In this document: positions 49,578-62,479 of the stretch, piece by piece
Layout: each line of letters starts with the position of its first letter
Numbering within the stretch: the first letter of the stretch is position 1
From: Octopus sinensis
Taxonomy: Eukaryota
Direction of reading: 5' to 3'
DNA length: 64,000 bases
NCBI RefSeq assembly: GCF_006345805.1
Contig: NC_042997.1
Coordinates: forward strand, 131,998,001-132,062,000
Translations under genes and position numbers: made by a program
The notes under the pieces: generated by a model
The model's database searches: none
Told to the model about the DNA's origin: nothing
What the model saw: only the letters and a program-made list of their open reading frames with translations

Positions 49578-51761
49578 GAATGGGAGAAAGAGAATCTGCC
49601 GAATGTTGACCCAGCAGAGGAACCAGCTATCCGAATTGACAGTACCTTGGTAGATAAAGCAATTAAGTGTATGAAGACAGGAAATCGACCGGCCTGTCAG
49701 AAATCACAGCAGAGATGCTTAAAATATCTGGCAGGTAGGCTACATTCTAGTTACCTGTATAGTTAATCAGGTAACACACGAAGGAGTCATACCCAATGAC
49801 TGGTGTAGCAGCATCATAGTCAACTGCTACAAATAATTACAGAGGTATCAAGCTGTTGGATCAGGTAATGAAAGAGAGGGTTATACCCCAACTAATTAGG
49901 GAGAGAGTCAGTCTAGATGCGATGCAGTTTGGGTTTGTGCCAGAGAAAAGTACCACTGATGCTATATTTCTGGCAAGACAGCTGCAGGAGAAATACTTGG
50001 CCAAAGAAAAACCTCTGTACCTAGCTTTTGTTGACATGGATAAAGCGTTTGACAGGGTCCCCCCTATCCCTTATCTGGTGGTCAATGAGGAAACTAGGGA
50101 TAGATGAATGGTTAGTGAGAGCTGTACAAGCCATATACAGGAATTCTGTCAGTAAGGTGAAGGCTGGCAATGAGTACAGTGAATCATTCCGGGTAGAGGT
50201 AAAGGTCCACCAAGGATCAGTCCTCAGCCCCCTCTTATTCATCATAGTCCTCCAGGCAATAACAAAAGAATTCAAGACAGGATGCCCCTGGGAGCTTCTC
50301 AATGCCGATGGCCTTGCTCTAATAGCTGAGTCACTAGCAGAGAAGTTTCAGGTGTGGAAGCAAGGTCTAGAATCGAAGGGCCAAGAGTCAACCGAGCAAA
50401 AACCAAATTCTTAATAAATAGTAGGGCTGACAAACTACAACTCCCTTCAGGTAGACGGCCTTGCTCAATCTGTAGAAAAGGCATAGGTAGAAACTCTATT
50501 AGATGTACCCAGTGTAAGCCATGGACACATAAGAGGTGCAGTAATATCAAAGGAAGGCTAACTAGGAAGATAGTTTTTGTGTGGGGCAAATTCTCAGGAG
50601 CAATAAACACTGAAAATGTGCAGAGAACAGCTTCCATCACATTCCAGGGAGAAAATCTACAAGTAGTTGATAGCTTCCATTACCTAGACGACTAAGTCAG
50701 TGGATGCTCTAAAAGTGTGGCTGCTAGAATAAGAATAGCCTGGACAAAGTTTAGAGAGCTCTTACCTCTGCTGGTGACAAAGGGCCTCTCACTCAGAGTA
50801 AAAGGTAGACTGTATGATGCCTGTGTGTGAACAGCCATGCTACATTGCAGTGAAACATGAGCTGTGACTACTGAGGACATGCGTAAGCTGGCAAGGAATG
50901 AAGCCAGTATGCTACACTGGATGTGTAATGTCAGTGTGCATACACAACAGAGTGTAAGTGCCCTGTGAATATAGATGGACATAAGAAACATCAGATGTGG
51001 TGTGCAAGAGAGACAACTGTGCTGGTACGGTCATGTGTTGTGAATGGATGAGGACAGATGTGTGAAAAAGTGTTACACCCTAGCAGTTGAGGGAACCTGT
51101 GGACAAGGTAGACCCAGGAAGACCTGGGACGAAGTAGTGAAGCATGGCCTTTGAACATTGGGCCCCTCTGAGGCAATGACAATTGACTGAGACCTTTGGA
51201 GATATGCTGTGCTTGAGACCAAGCAAGCCAAGTGAGACTGTAAACATGGCCTATGCCAGTGCTGCATAACCAGTTCATTTAAGAGTACCCTTCAAACATT
51301 GGGCAATAATCTCTGCTTGTGAAGTCCTGTTGAGGTAAGTGAAATTGTTGTCAGTACCGTCTGACTAGCACCCATGCCAGTTGAATGTTAAAAGCACCAT
51401 TCAAGCGTGGTCATTGCTAGAGCTGCCTGATTGGCTCCTGTGCCAGTGGAATGTAAAAAGCACCATTTGAACGTGGTCGTTGCCAGCATCTCCTGACTGG
51501 CTCCAGTGCAGGTGGCACATTAAAAGCACCATTTGAGCATGATCGATGCCAGTACCGCCTGACTGGCCCTCATGCCAGTAGCACATTAAATCACCCACTA
51601 CACTCTCGGAGTGGTTGATGTTAGGAAGGGCATCCAGCTGTAGAAACTTTGCCAGATCAGATTAAAGCCTGGTGCAGCCTTCTGGCTCACCAGCCCTCAG
51701 TCAAACCGTCCAACCCATATCAGCATGGAAAGTGGATGTTAAGCGACAATGATAATGATGA
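49578..51761 (+). mobile_element. 5'-truncated RTE-clade LINE (pseudogenised RT, VNTR 3'UTR, GAT tail)
   Basis: QFGFVPEKSTTDAIF, FVDMDKAFDRVP, HQGSVLSPLLF, NADG (decayed YADD), Cys-rich insert, LRW/GRPRKTW-type C-terminus; split by frameshifts across ORFs 49856-50107, 50028-50414 and 50354-50695. Confidence 0.93.
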
Positions 51762-52679
51762 TATATATATATATTTATATATATATATATATGTTTTCTT
51801 TTTCAGAATACAGGGTACCCTTAACACTTCTTTGCCATTCTGACATCCCCTTTAATCACTGTCATTCATATCACTATCACTCATGCTTCTCACTCTGTAA
51901 AACAGTGGGAAGCAAGCAGAGATGTAAGATTATGAGGTCCCTTTAATCATGTCAGAGACATAGTGACATAGCTACATCTCTTGTGATTGTGCCATGAAAA
52001 ATGTACTTTGTACACTTTGTAAAGTATGAAATTGTGAGTGTACTTTAGTCTTGTTGAGTCTCTGGAAGAGGCACCATGAAAAACACCAAATACTCTTTGT
52101 AATGTGATTGGTATTAAGAAGGGTATCCAGTCATAGAAGTCAATTTAAAATATGATATGCATGCAAGATGAATTCCTTTAATCTAAGTGTGCAGTACCCT
52201 CAAGTACAACTGGCTCTAACTGTGATGGCTCATTGAATCCATTCCAGCATTAGTGAATTATCATCATTCCAGTTAGTATACCTAAACATTTTGGGAATGG
52301 TAACCAGATGACTCAATATAAAAAAATTGTTAAGAAATTAATGCATCAAAGTCCAAACTAATTAAAATTAGAAATAGATTAAGTGTAGAGGGGCAGGATA
52401 ATCTGGTCCTTTGCAAACAAGGGTGACAACTTTGGATATGTTTTTGTCTTATTAGACCTCCTCAACAAAGCATAATTATTCATGCCTGCCATATTCATGA
52501 AAACAGAAATATTTTTGCATATCATATATGTGAGCACTATGAAAGCTTCTTGTTGTTGTTGCTGTTGTTCTTGTTCTTGTTTTTGTTTAGCTCACAGTTA
52601 TCCCTAATTAAGCAAGCTTAAAATAAAAAAGCATTTCAACTGAGTAGCATAAGTTTCTGCAGCAAGTTGACTTTAGTTG

Positions 52680-52950
52680 TGTAATGACCATTGGTCAATT
52701 ACCAGGCAAACCATCTATATGCACCTAATCATCTGTCAAAGAACTGGTGCCAAAGACAAAATTGTTTGTAACATTCCAATATGGGATTCTAACTAGCTAA
52801 TCATCTGCCGGGCCTGTTATGTTTTCGCTGGTCACCCAGCAACTGATAAAAACAAGCTCTTAATGTGTTTAGCAGAGATCTGAATGGTTGACTGTTTGCT
52901 GACGTCATCACTCACCAACAAAATCTTGTTTCGGTGTTTACATTTGCATT
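52680..52950. promoter_or_regulatory. Candidate enhancer (dense TF motif cluster)
   Basis: CTAATCATCTG twice (52725-35, 52797-807), TGACCA-T-TGGTCA (52685-97), TGATAA (52844-49), TGACGTCA (52900-07), TGTTTAC (52935-41) abutting ATTTGCAT (52942-49). Confidence 0.4.
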
Positions 52951-53492
52951 CACATCCCAGCACAGCAATTCAGGTTCAATTCCGAGGTAATGAGTTAGTG
53001 TTTGGAATTCTGCCAATATTTCTTGTACAGTGGTATATTTAGTCTTCTCAAAGCATGTTCCGATGAAAATGGATCTTTTTGAATCTAAAAGTCTGTCAGC
53101 TGAGAAAGTGGGTTACTAAGGAACGGTTTAGCACCACTAAATTTAGTGTTAGTGATTTGGTACAGCTTATTTTGAATAAGACCTACTTGGTAATGGGATG
53201 GTTTGGTTGCTGAAGAAACGCTTTATTCAACACAGCATATTGGTTTTCAATAGTTTTACCATTTCAGGAATCTTAAAAGGTATATGAATGCTCATAATTA
53301 CCAAATGAAAAATTAAATAAGGCTGTGTATTTGTTATAGTATGACCTTTAGGCAGTCTATAGACATGTTATGTAAAGGGGGATAACTCCATATTTTTAAT
53401 TCTATTTCAATATATTTTAATATTTCCTAATTCCGCCGAGATCGACTTTACCTTTTATCCATTTGGGGTCGATAAAATAAGTACCGGTTAAG

Positions 53493-53546
<54 letters not shown>

Positions 53547-53906
53547 CTTCTGCTCCAAAATCGGTTACCGCTACAAACAGATTTTTCAACCACTGTTTAC
53601 TATATCAGTATAGGCTGGTTTTGTCTTAGCATGCAATTACTAAAAGATGCTTGTTACTAAGAAAGCGCAAAGAGACAGAAGTACGTATTTAGCAGTGGTT
53701 CCAGCGTTGCTGGACGATTTTTCGCAACTACTGATATATTTCTGCGCTTTTAACACTGTACGCGTATAAGAGATGCTTTCTTGAGACTAATATTCAGTTT
53801 ATCAGGCTTTAAGCAATATATATGCTAAGATTATGATACACTGATTGTTCTCTGTCTGTCTGTCTCTCCATCTACCTCTCTTTCTTTCTTTCTCTCCCTC
53901 TCTCCC

Positions 53907-54015
<109 letters not shown>

Positions 54016-54018
54016 ATA

Positions 54019-54689
54019 CTAGCAGTATCGCCCGGCATTGCTCGGGTTTGTAAGGGAAATAACTATATAAGCATATTTAGAGAGTTACTTCTCTTATATA
54101 ATAGCAAAAAATGCATTAAAAATGGGAAAAAATGATGGTAATTTTTTTTTTAAATCGTAGACTCATTGTAGATGCGTGCTAATACCCAGAAGGGCTCGAT
54201 ATGAATCACGACTATAAGATACCCGCTTTTGGTTAAATTGCACCGCAAAATGTGGGAGTAGTTAGGAATCTAAATCGTAGGAGACAGACACACAACTTCA
54301 CTTTTATATATAAAGACTAGCAGTATCGCCCGGCGTTGCTCAGGTTTGTAAGGGAAATAACTATAAAGCATTTTTAGAGAGTTATAGCCAAAAAATAGAA
54401 AAAAAATGATGGTAAATTTTTTTTGAGAGTTAAAAAAGGTGGAGTTGCGTCCCCTAGACGGTCTGTGGTTTGGGTTTCTGATTCTCGACCCCATGTCGAA
54501 TTTATCGATTTTTTTCAGAACTGGGGGAACTTTTCAAAATTTTCGCTGCGTTAGTTTTGAATTATGACATTGGGCTATGTGTGTGTCAAGTTTCATCAGA
54601 ATCGGTTGAAAGCCGTGGTCAGGGTGAGGGTACGAGAAAACAGACACACAGAAAACGCACAGACAAACTGCCGTTTATATAGAGAGAGA
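54019..54689 (-). mobile_element. Two non-autonomous Helitrons in exact head-to-tail tandem
   Basis: Minus: A|TC..(54689)..hairpin-CTAG(54320-17)|TC(54316)..hairpin CCCGAGCAATGCCGGG-CTAG(54022-19)|T; no TSD; A/T insertion site. Confidence 0.85.
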
Positions 54690-54761
54690 TATATATATAC
54701 ACACACACAAACATATATATGTAGAGAGAGAGAGAGAGACATAGGTAGTTACATACATACG

Positions 54762-54795
<34 letters not shown>

Positions 54796-54867
54796 TACAT
54801 ACATGCATGCATACATACAAACATACATACTTACATATAATATATATGTATATATATATAGTTTTTT

Positions 54868-55244
54868 TCTTTTATTTTTTTATTTGTTTCAGTCATTTGG
54901 CTGCGGCCATGCTGGAACACTGCCTTTAATCAAAGAAATCGACCCAAAGACTTATTCTATTGATCTATTTTGCTGAACTGCTAAGTTATGGGGACATAAA
55001 CAGAGCAACATTGGTTGTCAAGCGATGGGGGAGGGGAACAGACATACAAACATATACATACATATATATATGTGTGTATATATATATATATCTACAACAG
55101 GCTTCTTTCAGTTTCCATCTACCAAATCCAGTCACAAGGCATTGGTTGGCCTGAGACTATAGTAGAAGACACTTGCCCAATGTGCCACGCTGTGGGACTG
55201 ACCCCAGAACTATGTGGTTGGTAAGCAAGCTACTTACCACACAG

Positions 55245-55247
<3 letters not shown>
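54868..55247 (-). mobile_element. SINE family A
   Basis: Homology. Confidence 0.85.
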
Positions 55248-55276
<29 letters not shown>

Positions 55277-55592
55277 CTATATACTTGCACATGCCGCTGC
55301 TTCCTACTCCCCCCGCCAACAACAACCTGATTGTCTTCTAATCGCCATGTGGTCTATTTCCTGTTCTCTATATGGTCAATTTGCTGTTCACCGAGTGGTA
55401 TTTTCCAATTAACTGTTACCCATAAACCAACATCAAACTACGACACCGCATGACCTTCCTCAACCAATCATAGCCCACTTTACGGTAATAACAGTCAACT
55501 TCTGTCATTCAAATTCAAAATGGCAGACAACTAATATCACACTTGAAACTCAAGAGTACCAATGAACTTGAATCAAACTGTTTTGATCCATA

Positions 55593-55750
55593 TCATCATC
55601 ATCATCATCATCACTATCATTGTTTAACGTCTGCTTCTCTATGCTAGCATGGGTTGAATGATTTGACTGAGGACTGGCAAACCAGATGGCTGCACCAGGC
55701 TCCAATCTGATCTGGCAGAGTTTCTACAGCTTGATGCCCTTCCTTAATGC
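55593..55750 (-). mobile_element. RTE tail fragment
   Basis: Same motifs. Confidence 0.8.
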
Positions 55751-55814
55751 CTTATACGTATATAATAAAGCGGCTAAGTTCCTTTTGGGTGTTGAGCCAA
55801 GACCTCTGGCATTA

Positions 55815-56064
55815 TGTCAAGCATGAGAAGAAGACCCATCAAGCCCAGCAAAATCGTAGTTGTGGCTGACCCTGGTGTCACACAAATGGCACCCATGCTG
55901 GTGGCATGTAAAAGCACCCATTACACTCTCAGAGTGGTTGGTGTTAGGCAGGGCATCCAACCGTAGAAAACCATACCAAATTAGACTGGAACCTGGAGCA
56001 GCCCTCCAGCATGCCAGCCCAGTCAAACTGTCCAACCCATGCCAGTATGGACAACAGATGTTAA

Positions 56065-56099
<35 letters not shown>

Positions 56100-56100
56100 A
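55815..56100 (+). mobile_element. Second RTE subfamily 3' end
   Basis: Homologous to 28150-28472; long (GAT)n tail. Confidence 0.8.
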
Positions 56101-56828
56101 TATGTATATATATATAGAGAGAGAAAGAATGAGAGAGAAAGAGAAAGAGAGAGAGAGAAAGAGAAAGAGAGAGAGAGAGAAAGAGAGAGAGCTGCACATT
56201 AATATTTTCAATGATTGCAAGGGCTGTAATTACTATAATCTATTTTCATAGATTTCATAGCTTTTACAAAACAGATATTCTTCTTACCACTAATCACTAA
56301 AAAGTAGGTCAGGTTTTTAAAGGAATTTTGTTTCTTTTTTTTTAATTAATTTAAAATTTTCATTTTTATTTTTACAACACAGATCATATAAAACAGCGTT
56401 AGAAGTACATCCTCCCAGGAATGTGATTAGCATTCTCTCCTTTCCTACATTTTCATCCTATGACAAATAATCATATTAATTTGCTTAATTAGGGTAAATA
56501 ATAGTATGATACTCTTCATACATGTTTCACTGCATTTATGACTAATCAAGGAGTAAAATTTAACACCGTTATCCACTTCAGGTTGTGAAACTAATGTTAA
56601 GTAGTTTAGGACTTATGAGACATCTCTATCTTGTGTGTGTGTATGTATGGGTGCATATGTATGTGTGTATGTATGCGTGTATGTAAGTATGTTTGTGTGT
56701 GTATATAGGTATATGTATATATGTATATACATACATATATATAAATATATATATACACACACATACACACATCAACATGTACACACACATATACATACAT
56801 ACTTACATATATATATATATATATATAT

Positions 56829-57378
56829 ATACAAGATAAGAAAATGGAGAAATACATCTAAATCAAATATCAATTACCAGATAATACTCAATCACATACT
56901 TTATTAAACCACTACATAAGAGACTGTAGGGTTAAATATAAAAGCAGAACAAAACAGTGTACATAAAGGAATGTACATAAAAAAGTGTACATAAAAGAGT
57001 AATGTTGTATAATAAGTGGAATATATATAAAAGAGAATATAAATATATATCTATATATTGACCAACCATAAAGGGCTAATATTGGTAAAATGAGACATAC
57101 CTATCTACATGGCCGAAACAGCTGTAAGATGTAATCTATACTTATATTTATATTTACTTATATTTATATTCTCTTTTATATATATTCCACTTATTATACA
57201 ACATTACTCTTTTATGTACACTTTTTTTATGTACATTCCTTTATGTACACTGTTTTGTTCTGCTTTTATACTTAACCCTACAGTCTCTTATGTGGTGGTT
57301 TAATAAAGTATGTGATTGAGTATTATCTGGTAATTGATATTTGATTTAGATGTATTTCTCCATTTTCTTATCTTGTAT
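56829..57378. repeat. Near-perfect long inverted repeat (arms 56829-57047 and 57159-57378), probably Penelope-derived
   Basis: 219/220-bp arms differ by 2 substitutions and a 1-nt indel by eye; the 111-bp spacer holds GGCCGAAACAGCTGTAAG. Confidence 0.92.
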
Positions 57379-57547
57379 TAGTAATTTGTGGTAAATCATT
57401 TTACCTTTACCCATATAATACAGTAAATGAATTAATTGCATCGCAATCATTAACATTTATGTATTAACTTTGTTGGGTACTTCACTAGCAGTATATTGGA
57501 TATATGTCATCCCATGGAGGGTTGCATTTACAACCCCTATCTCAATT

Positions 57548-57548
<1 letters not shown>

Positions 57549-57616
<68 letters not shown>

Positions 57617-57863
57617 ATGTATATATATATATACATATATACATATACATATATACATATACATATATATATATACATACATACATGCATGCATATATAC
57701 ATAAATACATACATATATATATATATATATATACATACACACATAAATTATGCATGAGACAATGAAGCCCAATAAAACAGCATAACATATATACATACAT
57801 ACATGCATGCACACATACTCACACACTCACACACACACACATGCACACATACACATATGTATG

Positions 57864-57897
<34 letters not shown>

Positions 57898-57960
57898 TGT
57901 ATGTATGTATGTATTTATGTATGTATGTATGTATGTATGTATGCATGCATGTTTGTTTAA
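57549..57960. repeat. Compound (TA)n/(TG)n/(TATG)n microsatellite
   Basis: Direct reading. Confidence 0.95.
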
Positions 57961-57965
57961 ATATA

Positions 57966-58805
57966 TATGTGTACATCAATAAGTATCCAGACTGGTGCCA
58001 TAGTAACGAATCTAAAGCATACAGAGAAAAGTTGCTTAGCATAGATTGACCTTGAACTCTGCTGTGCTTGCACACTAAGTTTTAACATTCTAGCTCACTA
58101 CTGCTGTTTACAGCAGTGCTTGGAAGGAAGGTGTGTAGCACATGATTGTCGCATTGAACGTGACACAGAAAGTTGTCGTGGCAATACTTGCTCAAAGTTG
58201 CAGAAAGTTCAGTCATTTCCAAAATGGCCGAAAAAATGTCGATATTGATGAACATTCTGGGGGACCCGCAACCAGCAGAACTGAGAAAGACATTGTTAAA
58301 GTGTGTGCAGTTGTGAGGGGAAATTGTCGAATCACCATCTGCGAGTTATAAGAGGATGTACAGATTAGTTACAGTTCAGTTCAGTCCATTATCACTGAAG
58401 ATTTGGACATGAGACATATGTCTACCAAGTTTATGCTAAAACTGCTTTCAGCTGACCAAAAAGACACTTGGGTTTCAGTTGCACAAGATCTCTTTGATTA
58501 TATCAAGAATGATAAATAACATTTTGAAAACTTTCCATAGGCCTCCGAGTAGGTATCACCAAGCTTTTGGCAAAACTTGATACAGATTCTCTGCTCAAAT
58601 TTCTCTGTCATGGTCAATGCAACAATCACACACTACACATCTTCCTTCCAAGCACTGCTGTAAACAGTGAAAGTGAGCTAGAATGTTAAAACTTAGTGCA
58701 CATGCACAGCTTAGTGGATGGTCAATCTGTGTCAAGTGGTTTTATTTTGTGTTTTAGTTTCATTATTATGATAACAGTCCAGATACTTATTGATCAGACC
58801 ACATA
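57966..58805. mobile_element. Palindromic non-autonomous mariner made of two 5' ends
   Basis: ~200-bp inverted arms beginning (G)ATCAATAAGTATCYRGACTG. Plus copy encodes HTH-linker remnants (DEHSGGPATSRTEKDIVKV..ITICEL); minus copy encodes MTEKFEQRICIKFCQKLG. Confidence 0.8.
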
Positions 58806-59779
58806 TATCTGCATATGTATACATGTGTGTGTGTGTGTGTGTGAATGTGTGTATGTATGTTTTTGTCTCCTTGTCTTGACATCATGTGATAATCGTAAAT
58901 GAATCTCACTCTCATACAAGCAGTGTCATTTATTTCCCATATTCTGTGAAATCATGTCCAGCCATCGGAAAATACTACCTTCCTTGGAAACAAGTGTGGG
59001 TTGGGGACAAATAAGCATCTAACCATTGAAAATCTGCCTCAGTAATTCCATCCAACCCATGTAGGCATGGAAGAAAAGGATGTTCAAATGACGACGACGA
59101 CGACGATGATGATAATGATGATGATATATATATGTAATGCACAAAAAGTTCAAAATTCAAACAAATGAAATAACCTTAATCAATTCAATGCCCATTTGTG
59201 CGTGAAATAAAATTGCAAATATATTCTTTCTTTATTATTAATGCAAGATTAAAAAGAAAAGAGTAGGAAGGAGTCTCCTGAAGGACTCCTTCATGGTTTG
59301 TTCCTCACAGAAGGATCATTTCATGGTTTGTTCCTCAGAGAAGACATACTCAGGTTCCTTCCCCAATCAGTGGCACAGATCAACTTTAAAAAGTATTCAT
59401 AAATTAGGTTTGCACAGTAGTGGCTAACCTAATTTGCACTGCTGTTCCACATATCAATAGCTTAGAAAGAATATGGTTACATTCTTATATAATCCCCAGT
59501 GAGATGTTGCAAAGATTGAATCTATTTCATTTTAAATTTAAAGGCTTTGTTGTGCATAAAATATACAGTTTAATTAATGACTAGCCAGCAAAGACATAAT
59601 ATAAGCTATACTAGGTTATCCATTAATATACTTCTTTAATTTATGATTGCATATTATAACAGTTAATCTATGCTATTGATTGAGGAAGGGAGCTGAGTAT
59701 GTCTTCTCTGATGATTGGTCAATAAACAAGGAAATGGTCTATCAGAAGACTCACCCTCCTTTTCTTTTCTATGCACATC

Positions 59780-62090
59780 AGTAACACAATAGAAATGTGT
59801 TAATATTCTCATTTAATCCACTGTGGGTCACACCTTGTCCCCATCAACTTCCCACCTGGATATAAGCAAAAGATATTTTCACTTACTTAGGCTTGGTCTT
59901 AATCCTCACTTCTCAAATACATCGGCTTGCCTCCAATATTAAACTGGAATTACTCTAACCCCTAACAACTCAGTGATCATATGTTTGCTTGCATTGAGAA
60001 CATCTATCTTAGATCATCCTACACAAGTCATTTTCTGTGCTTGGTTCTCACATTCACTTCATACATCAGTGCAGAAACTATATCATTTACAGTTACCAAC
60101 ACTTCGGCTAATTTTGTTCCTGACCAACATATAGATACTCTACTCACCTCCAAACTGAACATCAACCAGACCATAATTGTTTCTGTATCTATTGAATTGG
60201 CATGACTATTCATCACACATTGACATGTGACACAATGATCCCCTCCACCTCTCAGAAGCTATGGCATTTCAAGTCCCCTGACTTGCAGAGTTCCACCAGT
60301 TTTATATTATCCTTGGTAGCATATGTACTTCACTCCAATACATCAGAAAGCTTGGCAATGAATAAAACACATTTCTTAATCATATTCTTCCACATCTCAC
60401 ACGCACCAAGAATTCAAATCCCAAGTACCCCCACGTGATTCACTTATAGCTACACTGCTGTAGCTGAGGCGAAAAGCACAACCTACAACATATTATGAAA
60501 ATCTTCCATTATAACAAACCAGACAGCTCTTACCCAGCACCATAATTTCTGCAAGACCATTATCAGCATCACAAACGATGTAACTCTCTCTCTCTCTGTC
60601 TCTCTCTTCCTATACTGCAGTCAACACTTTTTTGGTCCTTTGCCAATAAGATTTCTCCAACTTGGTAGAATTTTACTTTCCTTTGTTTCTCAAGCTTAAC
60701 AGTTCTGTGAGCAATAACTTCTCAGAGAAAGCTTTCACATTTACTTCTTGCTTTTCATCTAGTTCCACAGTTCACAAATTAAATAAATCTCTTTCAAAGT
60801 TTTTCCTTTCCACTCCAGCAGATTTATCACCAAATACAAATATATGCCAAGTAAGAAAGTGCCTCAAGTTACTTCAAACCTAAAGCTGCCAATCCTATGT
60901 CTCTCCCATTAACTTTAGACAATATGTCCCATCATCACCAGCCCTATTGTCAACTACCCATTCATCAACTCATTCATTACAAGGATACATCCTGACCATT
61001 GGATACATGACACAGTTTATCCAATATCCAAGAAAGGCGACCCCTTTGATGTTGCCAACAACTGACCTACAGCAGTCATTTTTCAAAAACCTAAAAATTA
61101 TAGAACACTTCTACAACACCTTGAATTTTCTCTCACCTTAATGACCACAAGTATGGCTTTCATAATGCCAGATCTGCTGGAGATTTACTCTCCATCAGCA
61201 GGCTCTCACTCTTGAGAAATTTGGAGAAAGTAGTATTGTTGATCTCAACATTAGTAGTGTTTGATGGTAAGTCTCCTGTCAAAACTGTTTGCCTATGGGT
61301 TCCTTCCATCTCTCATCTCTTGTATCAGTAGTTTCCTGCCAGATCATATTGCCAGGGAACGACACAGACACACATCCTGCTAACACTGGTGTGTTCCAGA
61401 TTTCTATGTTTTTCTCTGCACTTTTATTCTAGTTCATCAATGGCCTACTTATTTCAACTCCATTAATTCCCATTCTAGCAAATATAAATCTACCTTTCAT
61501 CCCTCCCTAACTAACCACACCCAAGTATTATCCATATGCAACTTAAATACTCTATACCAAATCTTCTCTGACTACTTGAACAAAGATCCCAAAAATGTTC
61601 TCCAATGGGGGCCAGTCTTGTCTCTTCCAGTATATAGAGAACATTACTCAAATTCTCAAAACCTTTGGGATCTCTTCAAATGCTCAGTCTCATTTTAACT
61701 AGGGATTTCTCTTGGCGTGCACCCACAACTCCTAGCCCTTGACAAAGCCAAGTTGTGACTCACAATACAGTACTGCTTACATACTTGAGGTGGTGGTGTT
61801 GCTCTTTACATAGACATCTTAGAGTGCATCTAAAGACCATGCAACATGCAATACACCTTGTATATTGTGAAGAACAGACAGTTCTAGGATTACTGAAAGA
61901 GAATTTTACCAAACTGAACAATTTAATAACAATTATTGGATATTGGCTCTGGCATGCTCATAGAACCATCAGAAATTCATGCCACATGTTTGATCCTTAC
62001 TATACTTCTGACATTGTTTTATATAGCCACATCTAAATTCTCTAATTTAGCTTTCATAAACCAGACTTTCAATATCAAATACTTTACAAT
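59780..62090 (+). mobile_element. Highly decayed CR1-group LINE
   Basis: LNDHKYGFHNARSAGDLLS at 61137-61193 (LSDHQYGFRKARSTGDLL-like); KLWHF, SEKA.TF, NTGV.Q.S.F motifs in collinear order. Confidence 0.7.
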
Positions 62091-62479
62091 CAATAGACTG
62101 GTGCTGATCTGCAGACATGTTGTCTCTTCTGCTACAGTGGTCTTTGTACTTCAGAGCTGATTGGTCTATTACCACCTTCACTCAAGCACTCCTGATTCAT
62201 TCATCTCTTTTCTATGTATTGCCCAGGCCCTGCATAAAACATTTTTCTCAGGTCTTTCTTCCTTCTCAAAACATTGGTCTTCTGGAATTCCTTCCATGCA
62301 CATATTTTTTCTACAATTGTGGTCCTGTAAGTGTTGAAGTAGAATGTTAATGGTGTCAGTCTCACAAATTTCAATGGGTCTGCATAGGCCATGTATAATC
62401 CCCTTTCTATAGTCCAAACTAATAGAAAGAAAAACCAAACATTTTGTAATTCTTTCTTGTAATGTTATTTTTTTCCCAA

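Noticed and set aside
57457-58075. Many overlapping ORFs rich in Y/I/C/V/H/T (also at 46677-47051 and 56606-56907)
   Set aside because: Artefacts of stop-free dinucleotide and tetranucleotide microsatellites.
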